In this document: positions 9,774 to 18,016 of the stretch, piece after piece
Layout: each line of letters starts with the position of its first letter
Position numbering within the stretch: the stretch's first letter is position 1
NCBI GenBank assembly: GCA_040755855.1
Contig: JBFMAD010000001.1
Coordinates: 64,001 to 128,000, forward strand
Length of the DNA: 64,000 nt
Source of the DNA: Planctomycetota bacterium
GTDB taxonomy: Bacteria; Planctomycetota; Brocadiia; JAADGH01
Reading direction: 5' to 3'
Notes under the pieces: model-generated
Database searches by the model: none
Told to the model about the DNA's origin: nothing
What the model saw: only the letters and a program-made list of their open reading frames with translations
Translations under genes and position numbers: made by a program

Positions 9774-11228
9774 ATGAGCGGCGGAAAACTCGAAGAAGAC
9801 AGGGCGAGCAAACTCGCCGGGTTGCGCGAGGCGGGGGTTGATCCCTTCGGCAAGCGGTTCGCCGACGCGCTCCCCGTGCGCGAAGTGATCGCCCTGGCCC
9901 CGGCCGAGGGTGAGGGGCAGACCGTCCGGACGGCCGGGCGCATCACGGCTATTCGCGGGCACGGCAAGTCCGTCTTCATGGACATCAAGGACTGGACGGG
10001 CAAGGTCCAGGTCCATACGAGCCTGGATCAACTTGGCGAGGAGAAGTTCGGCCTGTGCAAGTTCCTCGACATCGGCGATATCATCGGCGTGGACGGCAAA
10101 GTGGGCCGGACGCGGCGGGGCGAGATCACGGTATTCGTGGACGACCTGACGGTCCTGACAAAGGCCCTCCTCCCCTTCCCCGAAAAATGGCACGGCCTGA
10201 AGGACGTGGAGCTGCGCTACCGGCAGCGGTATCTGGACCTGATCGTCAACGACGACTCGATGGCCCGGTTTTTGAGGCGGACGCGGATCATTGCGTCCAT
10301 CCGCCGGTTCCTGGATGATGCGGGGTTCGTCGAGGTCGAGACGCCGATGATGCAGAAGATCCCCGGCGGCGCGGCAGCGAAGCCCTTCGTCACGCACCAC
10401 AACACGCTGGACATAGACCTTTACCTGCGCATCTCGCCGGAGCTGTACCTAAAGCGGTTGTTGGTCGGCGGAATGGACAAGGTCTATGAGATCAACCGAA
10501 ATTTCCGGAACGAGGGGATTTCCACCAAGCACAACCCCGAGTTCACGATGATGGAGATATACCAGTCCTACGCCGACTACCATTTGATGGCCGAGTTGGC
10601 CGAGGACCTGATCGCCAGGCTGGTCAACGAGTTGTACGGCAAGGACTGCCAGGAGGTTGCCTTCGGCGAGCGGGCGCTCAAGATAGCCAAGCCCTTTGCG
10701 CGGCGGGAGTACGCCGAGCTTTTGGAGGAACATGCCGGGGTGCGCCTGGGCGACGAGGAGGGGATTCGCCGAAAGGCCAGGGAGTCGGGCATAGACCCCG
10801 AGGGGCTGGCGACGGACTTCGTTGCCAACGAATTGTTCGAGAAGTTTGTCGAGGATAAGCTCTCCGATCCGACGTTTGTATTCAACTATCCCCGGGGGGT
10901 GTGCCCGCTGACGAGGTCGTGCGAGGACGACCCGGCGCGCGCCCAGCGCTTCGAGCTGTTCATCGCGGGGATGGAGGTGGCCAATGCCTACACGGAGCTG
11001 AACGACCCGGACGAGCAGCGCCGGCGGTTCGAGGAGCAGGTGACGCAGAAGCAGGAGGAGATCAAGGTCATTGACGAGGACTTCGTGACGGCGCAGCGTT
11101 ACGGCATGCCCCCTGCCGGGGGGATGGGGATTGGGATAGACCGGCTGGTAATGATCCTGACCGACTCGCCTTCGATTCGCGATGTGCTGCTCTTCCCCCT
11201 GCTCCGTCCGCAGAGGGAAACGTCTTGA
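9774..11228 (+). CDS. lysS: Lysine--tRNA ligase (class II)
   Basis: RYRQRYLDL, EVETPMM, GGAAAKPF, FRNEG, HNPEF, GIGIDRL. Confidence 0.98.
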   Translation: MSGGKLEEDRASKLAGLREAGVDPFGKRFADALPVREVIALAPAEGEGQTVRTAGRITAIRGHGKSVFMDIKDWTGKVQVHTSLDQLGEEKFGLCKFLDIGDIIGVDGKVGRTRRGEITVFVDDLTVLTKALLPFPEKWHGLKDVELRYRQRYLDLIVNDDSMARFLRRTRIIASIRRFLDDAGFVEVETPMMQKIPGGAAAKPFVTHHNTLDIDLYLRISPELYLKRLLVGGMDKVYEINRNFRNEGISTKHNPEFTMMEIYQSYADYHLMAELAEDLIARLVNELYGKDCQEVAFGERALKIAKPFARREYAELLEEHAGVRLGDEEGIRRKARESGIDPEGLATDFVANELFEKFVEDKLSDPTFVFNYPRGVCPLTRSCEDDPARAQRFELFIAGMEVANAYTELNDPDEQRRRFEEQVTQKQEEIKVIDEDFVTAQRYGMPPAGGMGIGIDRLVMILTDSPSIRDVLLFPLLRPQRETS

Positions 11229-11270
11229 TTGATGGGGATGGGTTATGCTGAATTCTATTGGGAATGAGAG

Positions 11271-11639
11271 ATGAAGAAGAGACTGACGATCAATCACACG
11301 GAGGTTGCGGAGATCATTACGATTGCGCTGTGCGGGCGGCTGGACATCGAGAGCGTCCCCGAGGCGCGGCAGTATCTGGAGAAACTGATCGAGGAGAAAC
11401 CGGGCGCCGGCATCATCCTCGACCTTGCTGAGCTGGAATACATCAGCAGCTTCGGCCTGTCCCTGCTGATAGGCGCGCTGAAGGAGACGCGGCGAGGCGG
11501 AGGAAGGCTGGTCCTGGCCCGCGTGAAGCCCTTTGTTGATCAAGTGATTGACATTGCCAACCTGAAACCGATACTAAAATCCTACGACAGCCTGGCCGAG
11601 GCGGGAGAAGCACTGAAGGGCGGCAATAAAGGTTCTTGA
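11271..11639 (+). CDS. STAS-domain anti-sigma factor antagonist
   Basis: GRLD, LDLAELEYISSFGL phosphoacceptor region. Confidence 0.85.
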   Translation: MKKRLTINHTEVAEIITIALCGRLDIESVPEARQYLEKLIEEKPGAGIILDLAELEYISSFGLSLLIGALKETRRGGGRLVLARVKPFVDQVIDIANLKPILKSYDSLAEAGEALKGGNKGS

Positions 11640-11664
11640 CAGTCGTAACATCCGATGATAACAT
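11636..11664 (+). promoter_or_regulatory. Internal sigma70-type promoter
   Basis: TTGACA-N17-TAACAT upstream of the ORF at 11700. Confidence 0.5.
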
Positions 11665-11699
11665 GAGCTACGGATAACCCGAATTGGAGGCACAACCCA

Positions 11700-12050
11700 A
11701 TGGCGAAGGACAAGGAAAAAGACGTGAAAGCGAAAGAAGGCGCGAAAGGACCCACACCTGGGGCAGCGACGCCGCAGACACAGCCCGCCTCCGCCGAACA
11801 GGGCGGCGTGGCGCCGGAGGGATTCCGCATAAACGAGGAAGGCGCCTATACCGCACGGGCGGACTATTTCGCCGGCTCGCTCGCCATCACCGAGGCCCTG
11901 TTGGCCTTCGGCAACGTCAATCGTCAGAAGAGAGAGATCAAGATTGATGCAAAGATCGTCGTCAGCGTCCGCGACGCGAAGCGAATCCTGATGACCCTCC
12001 AACAACTAATGAACCAGTACGAGGACAAGTACGGGGTAATTCGAGTCTGA
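11700..12050 (+). CDS. Hypothetical protein (DUF3467-like)
   Basis: GGAGG SD; C-terminal AKRILMTLQQLMNQYEDKYGVI resembles the DUF3467 tail. Confidence 0.7.
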   Translation: MAKDKEKDVKAKEGAKGPTPGAATPQTQPASAEQGGVAPEGFRINEEGAYTARADYFAGSLAITEALLAFGNVNRQKREIKIDAKIVVSVRDAKRILMTLQQLMNQYEDKYGVIRV

Positions 12051-12076
12051 ACAAGGTTCGCCGCACTGCGAACCGG

Positions 12077-12140
12077 AAGGCAGACCTGGTTCCCGCGGGC
12101 CGCCAGCCCGCGCGGGAGTCCGGCGCCTGCCTTGTTTTTT
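12077..12140 (+). terminator. Putative intrinsic terminator
   Basis: AAGGCAG...CTGCCTT long stem followed by GTTTTTT. Confidence 0.45.
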
Positions 12141-12160
12141 ATCATCCAAAGGAGTTTCAA

Positions 12161-13714
12161 TTGTACCGTTTCATCGTGAGCATGAGATACCTCCGGTCGA
12201 AGAAGGTCAACTTCTTCCCGATCAGCGGCGTCGCCGTCGGCGTCATGATGCTCACGGTCATCATGTCCGTCATGAACGGCTTCACCGGCCAGATGGCCGA
12301 CCGCATCCGCGGCACCCTGTCCGACCTCATCGTGTCGCGGACCGACGGGGCTTTCCCCATGACCGACGTCCTGGATCGGATCAATAAGGTCCCCCACGTC
12401 CAGGTCTCCTCCCCCCGGCTGGAGGGGCTGGCCTTCATCCGCCTGCGGAATATCCGCAAATGGGGGATATTCGAGGGCATTGACCCGGAACTGGAAAAGA
12501 AGGTCGGCAAGTTCGAGGAATACGTAGGCCGGATCAACGAGGGGGGCAAATTCGAAAGCACGAACATCCCCCCCGATTTTCGAATGGGCGTGGATGCGAA
12601 GGATCGGTGGCCCGTCATCGTCTCCGTCCAGCTCCTCAACCTCTCCGGCGGCCCGTCGGAGCGGCCGGAATATGTGAACGTGGGCGAGGACGTCACCGTC
12701 TATACCCTCGTCGGCATTGACGAACACAGCCTGAAGCGTTTCTGGGTAACGGGCACGTTCAAGTCGGGCATGTCCGAATACGACAGCCAGTACTTCTACA
12801 TCCCTCTCGACCTGGCCCAGAAGCTCCGGAAGATGCCGAGCGATACAGTCACCAGCATCTTCGTAAAGGTGGACGATCCGGTCCACTCCGATGCGGCCCG
12901 GTGGGCGATCCTGATGGACCTCAACAAGGACATCATAGACAACGCGCTCAAGCACGAGCTTAACAGCACGGACGACCTGAAAGCCATCGAGAAGAAACTC
13001 CCCCCCGGAGTCGCCCTTGCCGACATCGAGGCGGCCCGAAACGACGGCGACGCCCTGAAGGCCCTCAGCGCCAAGCTGCCCTCCGACCTGTTGATGGGTG
13101 AAATCCTTATGGAGCTGGATAAGCGCGACGCCCGCGCCGAGATGGAAGCCGCGCTGGACGCGCGCGACGCCCAGGCACTGATGAACAGCCTGAGCAAGGT
13201 CCGCTCCCGGTTCTACACCGTCGAGACCTGGCGCGAGAAGCGGTCCATCATCCTCGGCGCCGTGGCCGTGGAGAAAAAACTCCAGGCCGTTATCCAGTTC
13301 TTCATCATCATCGTCGCCGGGTTCATGGTCTTCGCCATCCTGCACATGGTGGTTGTGGAAAAGACGAAGGACATCGGCATCCTCAAGGCCCTCGGCGGCT
13401 CGTCCGGCGGGATCATGAGCATCTTCCTCATGAACGGCCTCGCCATGGGCGTCATCGGCGCCGTCACGGGGGCGGTATGCGGCATCCTCTTTACCATGAA
13501 ACTGAACTGGCTGGAAGAGGTCATCTACAACGCCACCGGCTGGCGCGTCTTCCCGCCGGACATATACTACTTGGACAAAATCCCCTGGGAGATTCGCCCC
13601 CTCAGCGTGGCGGCCTGCGCCCTGGCGGCGGTGCTCGTCAGCTTCCTTGCAAGCCTATACCCCGCCTGGCGGGCGGCCCGGCTGGACCCGATCGAGACGC
13701 TGCGGTATGAGTAA
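12161..13714 (+). CDS. Lipoprotein-releasing ABC transporter permease (LolC/E family) with a helical insertion
   Basis: VMNGF, GTFKSGMSEYD, EKTKDIGILKALG, YPAWRAARLDPIETLRYE; TTG start. Confidence 0.9.
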   Translation: MYRFIVSMRYLRSKKVNFFPISGVAVGVMMLTVIMSVMNGFTGQMADRIRGTLSDLIVSRTDGAFPMTDVLDRINKVPHVQVSSPRLEGLAFIRLRNIRKWGIFEGIDPELEKKVGKFEEYVGRINEGGKFESTNIPPDFRMGVDAKDRWPVIVSVQLLNLSGGPSERPEYVNVGEDVTVYTLVGIDEHSLKRFWVTGTFKSGMSEYDSQYFYIPLDLAQKLRKMPSDTVTSIFVKVDDPVHSDAARWAILMDLNKDIIDNALKHELNSTDDLKAIEKKLPPGVALADIEAARNDGDALKALSAKLPSDLLMGEILMELDKRDARAEMEAALDARDAQALMNSLSKVRSRFYTVETWREKRSIILGAVAVEKKLQAVIQFFIIIVAGFMVFAILHMVVVEKTKDIGILKALGGSSGGIMSIFLMNGLAMGVIGAVTGAVCGILFTMKLNWLEEVIYNATGWRVFPPDIYYLDKIPWEIRPLSVAACALAAVLVSFLASLYPAWRAARLDPIETLRYE

Positions 13715-14447
13715 CATGGAGAAAAAGGAAATCATGCGGGCGGAGGCCCTGGAGAAGGCCTACGTCATGGCCCAGCGCACGCTCCCTGTCCTCCGCGGCA
13801 TCAACCTTTCTGTCTATGAGGGCGAGTTTCTGGCCGTGCTGGGCAAATCCGGCTCGGGCAAGAGCACGCTGCTCCACGTCCTCGGCGCCCTCGACCGGCC
13901 CACGAGCGGCGCAGTCCGCTTTCGGGGCGAAGATATATATGCCCTGTCGAATCGGGGCCTTTCCCAATTGCGAAGCAAGACGTTCGGCTTCGTCTTCCAG
14001 TTCTATCACCTGCTGGCCGACTTCAACGCGCTGGAGAACGTCATGCTGCCCGCCCTGATCGGCCGGCAGGGCGAGGAGAAAAAGAACCGGGGCGAACGCC
14101 GCTCCCGCGCGGCGTCGCTCCTGGCGCGGGTAGGCCTTGAGGACCGCGCCGTCCACCGCCCGAACCAGCTCTCCGGCGGCGAACGCCAGCGCGTCGCCAT
14201 CGCCCGGGCGCTGATGAACGACCCTGACATCTTGTTTTTTGACGAGCCAACTGGTAATCTGGATACCAAGACGAGCGAGGCCGTGCACGACCTGATCCTC
14301 GGCCTGAACAAGGAGGAGGGCAAGACGCTCGTCCTCGTGACGCACGACCGCGAACTGGCCAAGAAGGCCGGCCGCATGGTCCACATTGTTGACGGCAAAA
14401 TCACCGACGGCGAGGAAGGTAATCTGGAGAGGGAGAATACCGGATGA
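13707..14447 (+). CDS. lolD: Lipoprotein-releasing ABC transporter ATPase
   Basis: GKSGSGKST, FQFYHLL, LSGGERQR, DEPTGNLD; start 13707 or 13716. Confidence 0.88.
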   Translation: MSNMEKKEIMRAEALEKAYVMAQRTLPVLRGINLSVYEGEFLAVLGKSGSGKSTLLHVLGALDRPTSGAVRFRGEDIYALSNRGLSQLRSKTFGFVFQFYHLLADFNALENVMLPALIGRQGEEKKNRGERRSRAASLLARVGLEDRAVHRPNQLSGGERQRVAIARALMNDPDILFFDEPTGNLDTKTSEAVHDLILGLNKEEGKTLVLVTHDRELAKKAGRMVHIVDGKITDGEEGNLERENTG

Positions 14448-15322
14448 GTCTATTGATCTACATGCAGCATGGCAAGCGAAAGGGCGACCTCGTTTCCGAA
14501 GAGAACGCGAAGGTCTCCGTCTTCGATCATGGTCTCCTCTACGGCGACGGCGTCTTCGAGGGCATCCGCGCCTATGCGGGCAAGGTCTTCAAACTCCAGG
14601 AGCACATTGATCGGCTCTATCTCTCCGCCAAGGCGATCCGCCTCGAAATCCCCATGACTAAGAAGGACATGATCGCCGCCGTCCAGGACACCGTGAAGGC
14701 GAACAAGCTGACCGACTGCTACATCCGGCTGATCGTCACGCGCGGCAAGGGCCCCATGGGCCTCGACCCAAGCAAATGCGTTGATCCGTGCATCATCATC
14801 GTAGCCACCACTATCTCCATGTACCCCGAGGAGCAATACGAGAAGGGGCTGGAGATCATCACCTCGACGACGCTGCGGAACCACCCCGCCGCGCTCGATC
14901 CGCGGATCAAATCGCTCAACTACCTGAACAACATCCTCGCCAAGATCGAGGCAGAAAACGCCGGGACCTTCGAGGCGATCATGCTTAACACCGACGGCCT
15001 TGTCGCCGAGTGCACGGGCGACAACATCTTCCTCGTCATCGAGGGCGCGCTCTGCACGCCGCCCGGCACGGCCGGCATCCTCAAGGGCGTCACACGCGGC
15101 GTCGTCATGGAACTGGCCGAGAAGCAGAAGATCGAGGTCAAGGAGGTCTGCCTCAGCCGGTACGACGTCTACGCCGCCGAGGAGTGCTTTCTCACCGGCA
15201 CCGGGGCGGAAATCATCCCCGTCGTCAAGGTGGACGGCCGCGTCATCGGCGACGGCAAACCCGGCCCCATCACGAAAAAACTCCTCAAGGAGTTCCGAAA
15301 ACTGACCAAGTCGGGAAAGTAA
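14444..15322 (+). CDS. ilvE: Branched-chain amino acid aminotransferase
   Basis: DHGLLYGDGVFEG, KSLNYLNN, ECTGDNIF, LKGVTR, GTGAEI. Confidence 0.95.
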   Translation: MSLLIYMQHGKRKGDLVSEENAKVSVFDHGLLYGDGVFEGIRAYAGKVFKLQEHIDRLYLSAKAIRLEIPMTKKDMIAAVQDTVKANKLTDCYIRLIVTRGKGPMGLDPSKCVDPCIIIVATTISMYPEEQYEKGLEIITSTTLRNHPAALDPRIKSLNYLNNILAKIEAENAGTFEAIMLNTDGLVAECTGDNIFLVIEGALCTPPGTAGILKGVTRGVVMELAEKQKIEVKEVCLSRYDVYAAEECFLTGTGAEIIPVVKVDGRVIGDGKPGPITKKLLKEFRKLTKSGK

Positions 15323-15330
15323 GCAATCTC

Positions 15331-15361
15331 ACCTCCCGGAGGTCCCAGATCTCCGGGAGGT
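15331..15361. repeat. REP-like palindrome, ACCTCCCGGAGGT family (copy 1)
   Basis: ACCTCCCGGAGGTCCCAGATCTCCGGGAGGT just after the ilvE stop; other copies at 18371-18417, 36257-36275, 37752-37782, 40532-40563, 52390-52421. Confidence 0.8.
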
Positions 15362-15390
15362 GCAGCCTCCCTCTCTATGAACGGCGAGGG

Positions 15391-15471
15391 GAGTTCGTTT
15401 CGTAATTTCGGCCTTTTGAGTTCGTTTCGTAATTTTAACCTTTTGAGTTCGTTCCGTAATTTTTAATCTTC
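15391..15471. repeat. Three tandem 27-bp imperfect repeats
   Basis: GAGTTCGTTTCGTAATTTCGGCCTTTT / GAGTTCGTTTCGTAATTTTAACCTTTT / GAGTTCGTTCCGTAATTTTTAATCTTC. Confidence 0.85.
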
Positions 15472-15650
15472 GGGGGGGTGTCGGTTTTGGGGCGCGTTCA
15501 CGATGACGACGTTGGTGCGTCCTCTTTCCATTAAACCTTCCTCCTTTGACGGTGGATTTCTTCAACGCCATGCAGCAGCGAGGACTGTCCCCAATGCAGG
15601 CACGTACTCTCTGCTAAACGACGTGGGGCAACCACGCTGCCCTCAAAAGG

Positions 15651-15679
15651 AGCATATCACATGAATAGGGAGTTGTCAA
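15651..15679 (-). promoter_or_regulatory. Sigma70-type promoter on the minus strand
   Basis: Minus strand TTGACA-N17-TATGCT with TG extension. Confidence 0.6.
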
Positions 15680-15777
15680 GTCATTTTGGAAAATATTTTA
15701 TAAAATAGTGTATAAATAATCTCTGATAGGCAAGTATTGACTTGGCTTTTTTCGAAAATCCCTGCCCCGCCATGTAA

Positions 15778-15917
15778 GAGCCTATCCGAAAACCAGGCAT
15801 TTGTAGCCGCACCCTACGGGGGGTGGCACGGCTTGCTTGCAAGCCGTGGGCTGTGGAACGGCCCCGGCACGGGTTGCAAGCAACCCGTGGCACCCGGCGA
15901 GGTTTTCGGATAGGCTC
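15778..15917. mobile_element. MITE with 17-bp perfect TIRs and TAA duplication, enclosing a REP doublet
   Basis: TAA|GAGCCTATCCGAAAACC ... GGTTTTCGGATAGGCTC|TAA; internal GGCACGGCTTGCTTGCAAGCCGTG...CACGGGTTGCAAGCAACCCGTGGCACCC also found at 63750-63813. Confidence 0.75.
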
Positions 15918-16015
15918 TAAACCATGTAAAGAACAGGCGTGAAATTTCTTTTGATTCAAGGGAGAATCCACTTGTTTGAGCGTGTCTCCGACGAGACCCC
16001 ACTCTCTCGCCCTAT

Positions 16016-16873
16016 CTATTCCTGCATCTGGCCCATGATGGGATACAGCCACGACCATGCCTTGTTCTTCATCTGAACGGAAAGGGGATCGTCCAGCACT
16101 GTGGGGGGATTGGCCTGTGGAATGTTCTGCGGGGCGATGACGCCTATCGTAAGCTCGCCGTCGGTGTAGTACCAGTCGCCGCCGCCATTGCGTCCGATGA
16201 GGCGCGACCCCACGCCCGTCACCTGATACACCCGCGTAAGCTGCCCGGCTTCCGTCAGGTCGGCGATCAGTTTGCGGCGGTCCGCGTCCACGTCCGGCGC
16301 GATGTGATGGGTGATCTGCCCCGTTCGGTGGCTCAGTCCGACGCTGCGGTCAAATGTGGCCGCGCCGATCCAGAAGGGACGCCCGCCTACCCCCAGGTCC
16401 GTGGATTGCCAGAAGCGAACATGATGGCGCTGGCGCGGGCTCTTGCCCTTCGCCTGCTCAAAGGCCAGGTCCTGCCGGCGGCCCCACACGTAAAGATCAC
16501 TCACGGGCGCGTCAGGATAGGAACGATTGCGCACAACACTTGCTGCGATATGAAGGGCCGTGCGAAACGTCTTGGGGTCGGCCGGATACCAGTGGGCCTG
16601 CAAGAACGCATTGACGATTTCTGTTTCGCTGCCGACCAGTCCGACATTGAGGGGATCGCCGGGGATGCCGTCCCTCGTCTCGGTCGTCTTGGGAGCGCGC
16701 ACCATGGCCGGATGGTGCTCGTAGTGACGCCACAGCGCAGGCAGGATGACATAGGCCAAAAGGAACCAGACAATCACAACGAAGAGAAAAACCAGCAGAA
16801 GCCATCGTCGAAGACGACGTTTGGGCAAGGACATGCCTGTATCCGCTTGTTTTGTCGGCTGCGCGTCTGCCAT
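16016..16873 (-). CDS. LssY C-terminal-domain protein
   Basis: GDPLNVGLVG, APVSDL, QDLAFEQ, RHHVRFW, GAATFD, THHIAPDVDADR; one N-terminal TM helix. Confidence 0.8.
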   Translation of the reverse strand: MADAQPTKQADTGMSLPKRRLRRWLLLVFLFVVIVWFLLAYVILPALWRHYEHHPAMVRAPKTTETRDGIPGDPLNVGLVGSETEIVNAFLQAHWYPADPKTFRTALHIAASVVRNRSYPDAPVSDLYVWGRRQDLAFEQAKGKSPRQRHHVRFWQSTDLGVGGRPFWIGAATFDRSVGLSHRTGQITHHIAPDVDADRRKLIADLTEAGQLTRVYQVTGVGSRLIGRNGGGDWYYTDGELTIGVIAPQNIPQANPPTVLDDPLSVQMKNKAWSWLYPIMGQMQE

Positions 16874-16881
16874 GGATCAGG

Positions 16882-17985
16882 TCACCGCCTTAACGTCAGT
16901 TGATGCCAGGTAACGTTCGAGCCGGGGTTCGGATTGTAACTCGGACTGTCGGAGACAATGTACTCCCCAAAGGCGTTCGTCCATGCCTGCCGGTAGCCGC
17001 TCGGCAGCTCGACGGGCCGCTGCTTCACCGGGTCGTAATACTCGTCCACGCCGCGGATATACTGGCTGAAGTCCTTGTTGATCTTGTCATACACCGCCTG
17101 ACGTCTCTCGTAGGAGTCCGTGATCATCGCGCTGATCTCGTCGTGCGTCCGGGCGATGATCTCGCTGATCTTCCCGATGGTGTGAATCTGTTGAATCTGG
17201 CACTGGATGAGGGTCTCGACCACCTGTGAATACTTGTTGAACCACTGGATATTCACCCTGAACGACTTGACCATCGTCTGAAAGATCTTTGAGTGGGCCG
17301 CCATCTGGCCCTTCACCGCCTTGAAGGAGAACTGAAAGTCCGGTCCCCAGTTGACGTTGGCCACGGTGCCGTACATGGTCTGCATCTGGAAAGTTGTAGC
17401 GCAGACGAGGGTGTATATCTCCTCCTCGACCCATACCTCTCCCATCTGGTACTCGATCTTCGCCTTGGCCGCGTCGGAGGAGATCGAGACGCCCGGCCCG
17501 ATCTGGCCCGTCAGGCCCTGGGCCAGCTCCGGCATCGGCGTCACCGAGACAACGCGGAGGTTGTTCACGCCCTGCCGGTTACGTGGGATGAGGATGCGCT
17601 GGAGATAGTCCGCCGCACCCATCGTAGGGCAGACCTCCGCTCCGAAGTAGCGCGATCCCTGGGGAAACATCTGAAGCAGGCCCTGGTTGTTCGTCCAGAA
17701 GAACATGCGGTTGGGGAAGCCCTCCAGCTCGGCCGTGCGCGTCGGATTCGTCACCTTGAAGGCCACCACCGCCGGCAGGGCGGGATTGTCCATCACCCAT
17801 TGAATGCCGCCGTTGAACTGCCAGTCGGCAGGGATGAGCATGTGGAAAACCTCCAGCCCGATCCCCTGCGTATCCACGCACGAGGCCGTCTTGAACCGTA
17901 TCGCCTGGGGTTGCTGCCCGAAGGCGGCTCCCGCACAAGCCCAGACCAACGCACAGGCCATCAGCCACACAAGACGCTTCTCCAT
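16882..17985 (-). CDS. Exported hypothetical protein
   Basis: Long ORF with signal peptide MEKRLVWLMACALVWACAGAAFG; GAGGAGG SD. Confidence 0.75.
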   Translation of the reverse strand: MEKRLVWLMACALVWACAGAAFGQQPQAIRFKTASCVDTQGIGLEVFHMLIPADWQFNGGIQWVMDNPALPAVVAFKVTNPTRTAELEGFPNRMFFWTNNQGLLQMFPQGSRYFGAEVCPTMGAADYLQRILIPRNRQGVNNLRVVSVTPMPELAQGLTGQIGPGVSISSDAAKAKIEYQMGEVWVEEEIYTLVCATTFQMQTMYGTVANVNWGPDFQFSFKAVKGQMAAHSKIFQTMVKSFRVNIQWFNKYSQVVETLIQCQIQQIHTIGKISEIIARTHDEISAMITDSYERRQAVYDKINKDFSQYIRGVDEYYDPVKQRPVELPSGYRQAWTNAFGEYIVSDSPSYNPNPGSNVTWHQLTLRR

Positions 17986-18016
17986 GATGCAACCTCCTCT
18001 CGACAACCGGGAAAGG

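Noticed and set aside
15391..15471. 27-bp direct repeats as a CRISPR array
   Set aside because: The units are contiguous with no spacers, and there are no cas genes in the window.
15329..15571. 80-aa ORF with KITKRTQ repeats
   Set aside because: It is a translation of the DNA repeats and lacks an SD; the SD-supported start is in a different frame (15531).
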